From Sulfolobales archaeon (GTDB lineage: Archaea; Thermoproteota; Thermoprotei_A; Sulfolobales; AG1), in the NCBI GenBank assembly GCA_038867615.1, contig JAWBYA010000002.1, positions 367,331 to 431,330 of the forward strand: 64,000 nucleotides of DNA, read 5' to 3'. The notes under the pieces are model-generated. The model saw only the letters and a list, made by a program, of their open reading frames with translations. It was not told the DNA's origin and did no database searches. Shown here in pieces: positions 62,999-64,000 of the stretch. The position numbers and the translations under genes are program-made. Every line of letters starts with the position of its first letter. Within the stretch, counting starts at the first letter, position 1.

Positions 62999-63724
62999 TT
63001 GGATGTCCAGGTGTATATAACATATATAGTTGCTACGGCTGCATCGATAATGCTCTATGTAATATCTAGTGTAACTCTGTTTAAGCAGCTGGCAAGGGTT
63101 CTTGGGAAAGAGATGTTGATTGTGCTAAGAATAGCCATGATCCTGCTCTCGATCTCTGTCTTCCTAGCATTCACCTCATATCTCTATGGAGCCCACGAGA
63201 TCTTTGTCCTAATATTCACACTATTCATAATAAGCTTCCTCGTGATCGTCATGGGTGCTAGACATGTTCTCGAAGAATATGTTACCGGGATCTTTGCGTC
63301 GAAAGCCTATGACCTGAGGGTTGGTGACTATATAGAGGTAGGCAGCATAAAGGGGTACATAACTGCTCTAGACGACACATCAATAATAATAAAGGACTCC
63401 AGGAAGGGTCTTATCCACATACCATATACAATGCTTACTCACACACCATTTAAGAGGGTCAAGCCTGAAGAGGGCTATGAGATAAGGATCCAGGTGTTCT
63501 TGCCGCACGAGGTTGATGTAGACAGGATCTTGGAGGATGCTAGAAAAATAGCAAGAGAACTAGGGCTTGATGATGTGAAGGCCGATATAGAATCTATAGA
63601 GAAATCCGGCGTGGTAATACTTGTGAGAGGGCTCATAAGAGACCCCAGAAGAGAAGATGAGATCAAATACTCTATCCTAGATAAGCTATATAAAAGCCTT
63701 AGCCAACCGTTTCGTGTTTCATGA
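62999..63724 (+). CDS. mscS: Small-conductance mechanosensitive channel family protein
   Basis: Three TMs followed by LRVGDYIEVG.IKGYI...IHIPY. Confidence 0.8.
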   Translation: MDVQVYITYIVATAASIMLYVISSVTLFKQLARVLGKEMLIVLRIAMILLSISVFLAFTSYLYGAHEIFVLIFTLFIISFLVIVMGARHVLEEYVTGIFASKAYDLRVGDYIEVGSIKGYITALDDTSIIIKDSRKGLIHIPYTMLTHTPFKRVKPEEGYEIRIQVFLPHEVDVDRILEDARKIARELGLDDVKADIESIEKSGVVILVRGLIRDPRREDEIKYSILDKLYKSLSQPFRVS

Positions 63725-63875
63725 AAGTTCATAGTGAGTTTTGCTGTATGGATACGGGGGTTTCCCACATCATTGATCAGAGCATGCTATGAAGGAGAGC
63801 TGTGGCTCGGGATCACCCCGAATGGGTAGAGGCCAACGAAGCCAAGGGAAGAGCAGTTGGTATAAAAATCAACAG

Positions 63876-64000
63876 CTATGAACCCCGAACCCCTTTGGAC
63901 TCTCTGCGACTCATATAGATAACAAGCCCGAGGATGAGCCAGAGACCAAGAATCCATAGAGAACTCCACTTGACAACAATGTTAAAGGCTAGCCCGATAA
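63876..64000 (-). CDS. C-terminal fragment of a membrane protein (gene starts beyond the window)
   Basis: Open frame IGLAFNIVVKWSSLWILGLWLILGLVIYMSRRESKGVRGS*. Confidence 0.6.
   Translation of the reverse strand, partial: IGLAFNIVVKWSSLWILGLWLILGLVIYMSRRESKGVRGS

Overview
64 kb of a hyperthermophilic crenarchaeal (Thermoproteota; Desulfurococcales/Sulfolobales-like) chromosome. The lineage is inferred from a CdvB2-like ESCRT-III gene, DUF2258/ThermoDBP-RP, archaeal ribosomal proteins, GC-rich tRNAs and box C/D sRNAs. Most of the window is housekeeping or metabolic: treT, amrS, fixABCX, rps15-recJ/cdc45-pcc1, ndk, rpl24e, rps28e, ileS, thiM, pth2, truD, nusA, cysS, mscS and three tRNAs. The most striking unexplained signal is a 43-nt promoter element (40/43 identical) made of a perfect 10-bp inverted repeat, GGGTTTGCAG-N4-CTGCAAACCC, 3 nt upstream of a TATA box. 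It occurs twice, ~50 kb apart, and both copies are hidden inside over-extended ORF calls. One copy heads an operon of two membrane-anchored surface proteins with cytoplasmic zinc-ribbon tails (one a trypsin-like protease) that converges on an HTH-STAND-TPR regulator. The other heads a ~2175-aa mosaic surface protein with a toxin-like helical insert, lying alone between two tRNAs. This suggests an undescribed STAND-controlled surface-protein regulon. Other notable items are three box C/D sRNA candidates (one predicted to methylate the tRNA-Lys wobble base), a Rieske oxygenase leading a nucleoside-type ABC operon, and an EtfB with a GINS-B-like tail. All calls come from reading motifs by eye; no database search was run.
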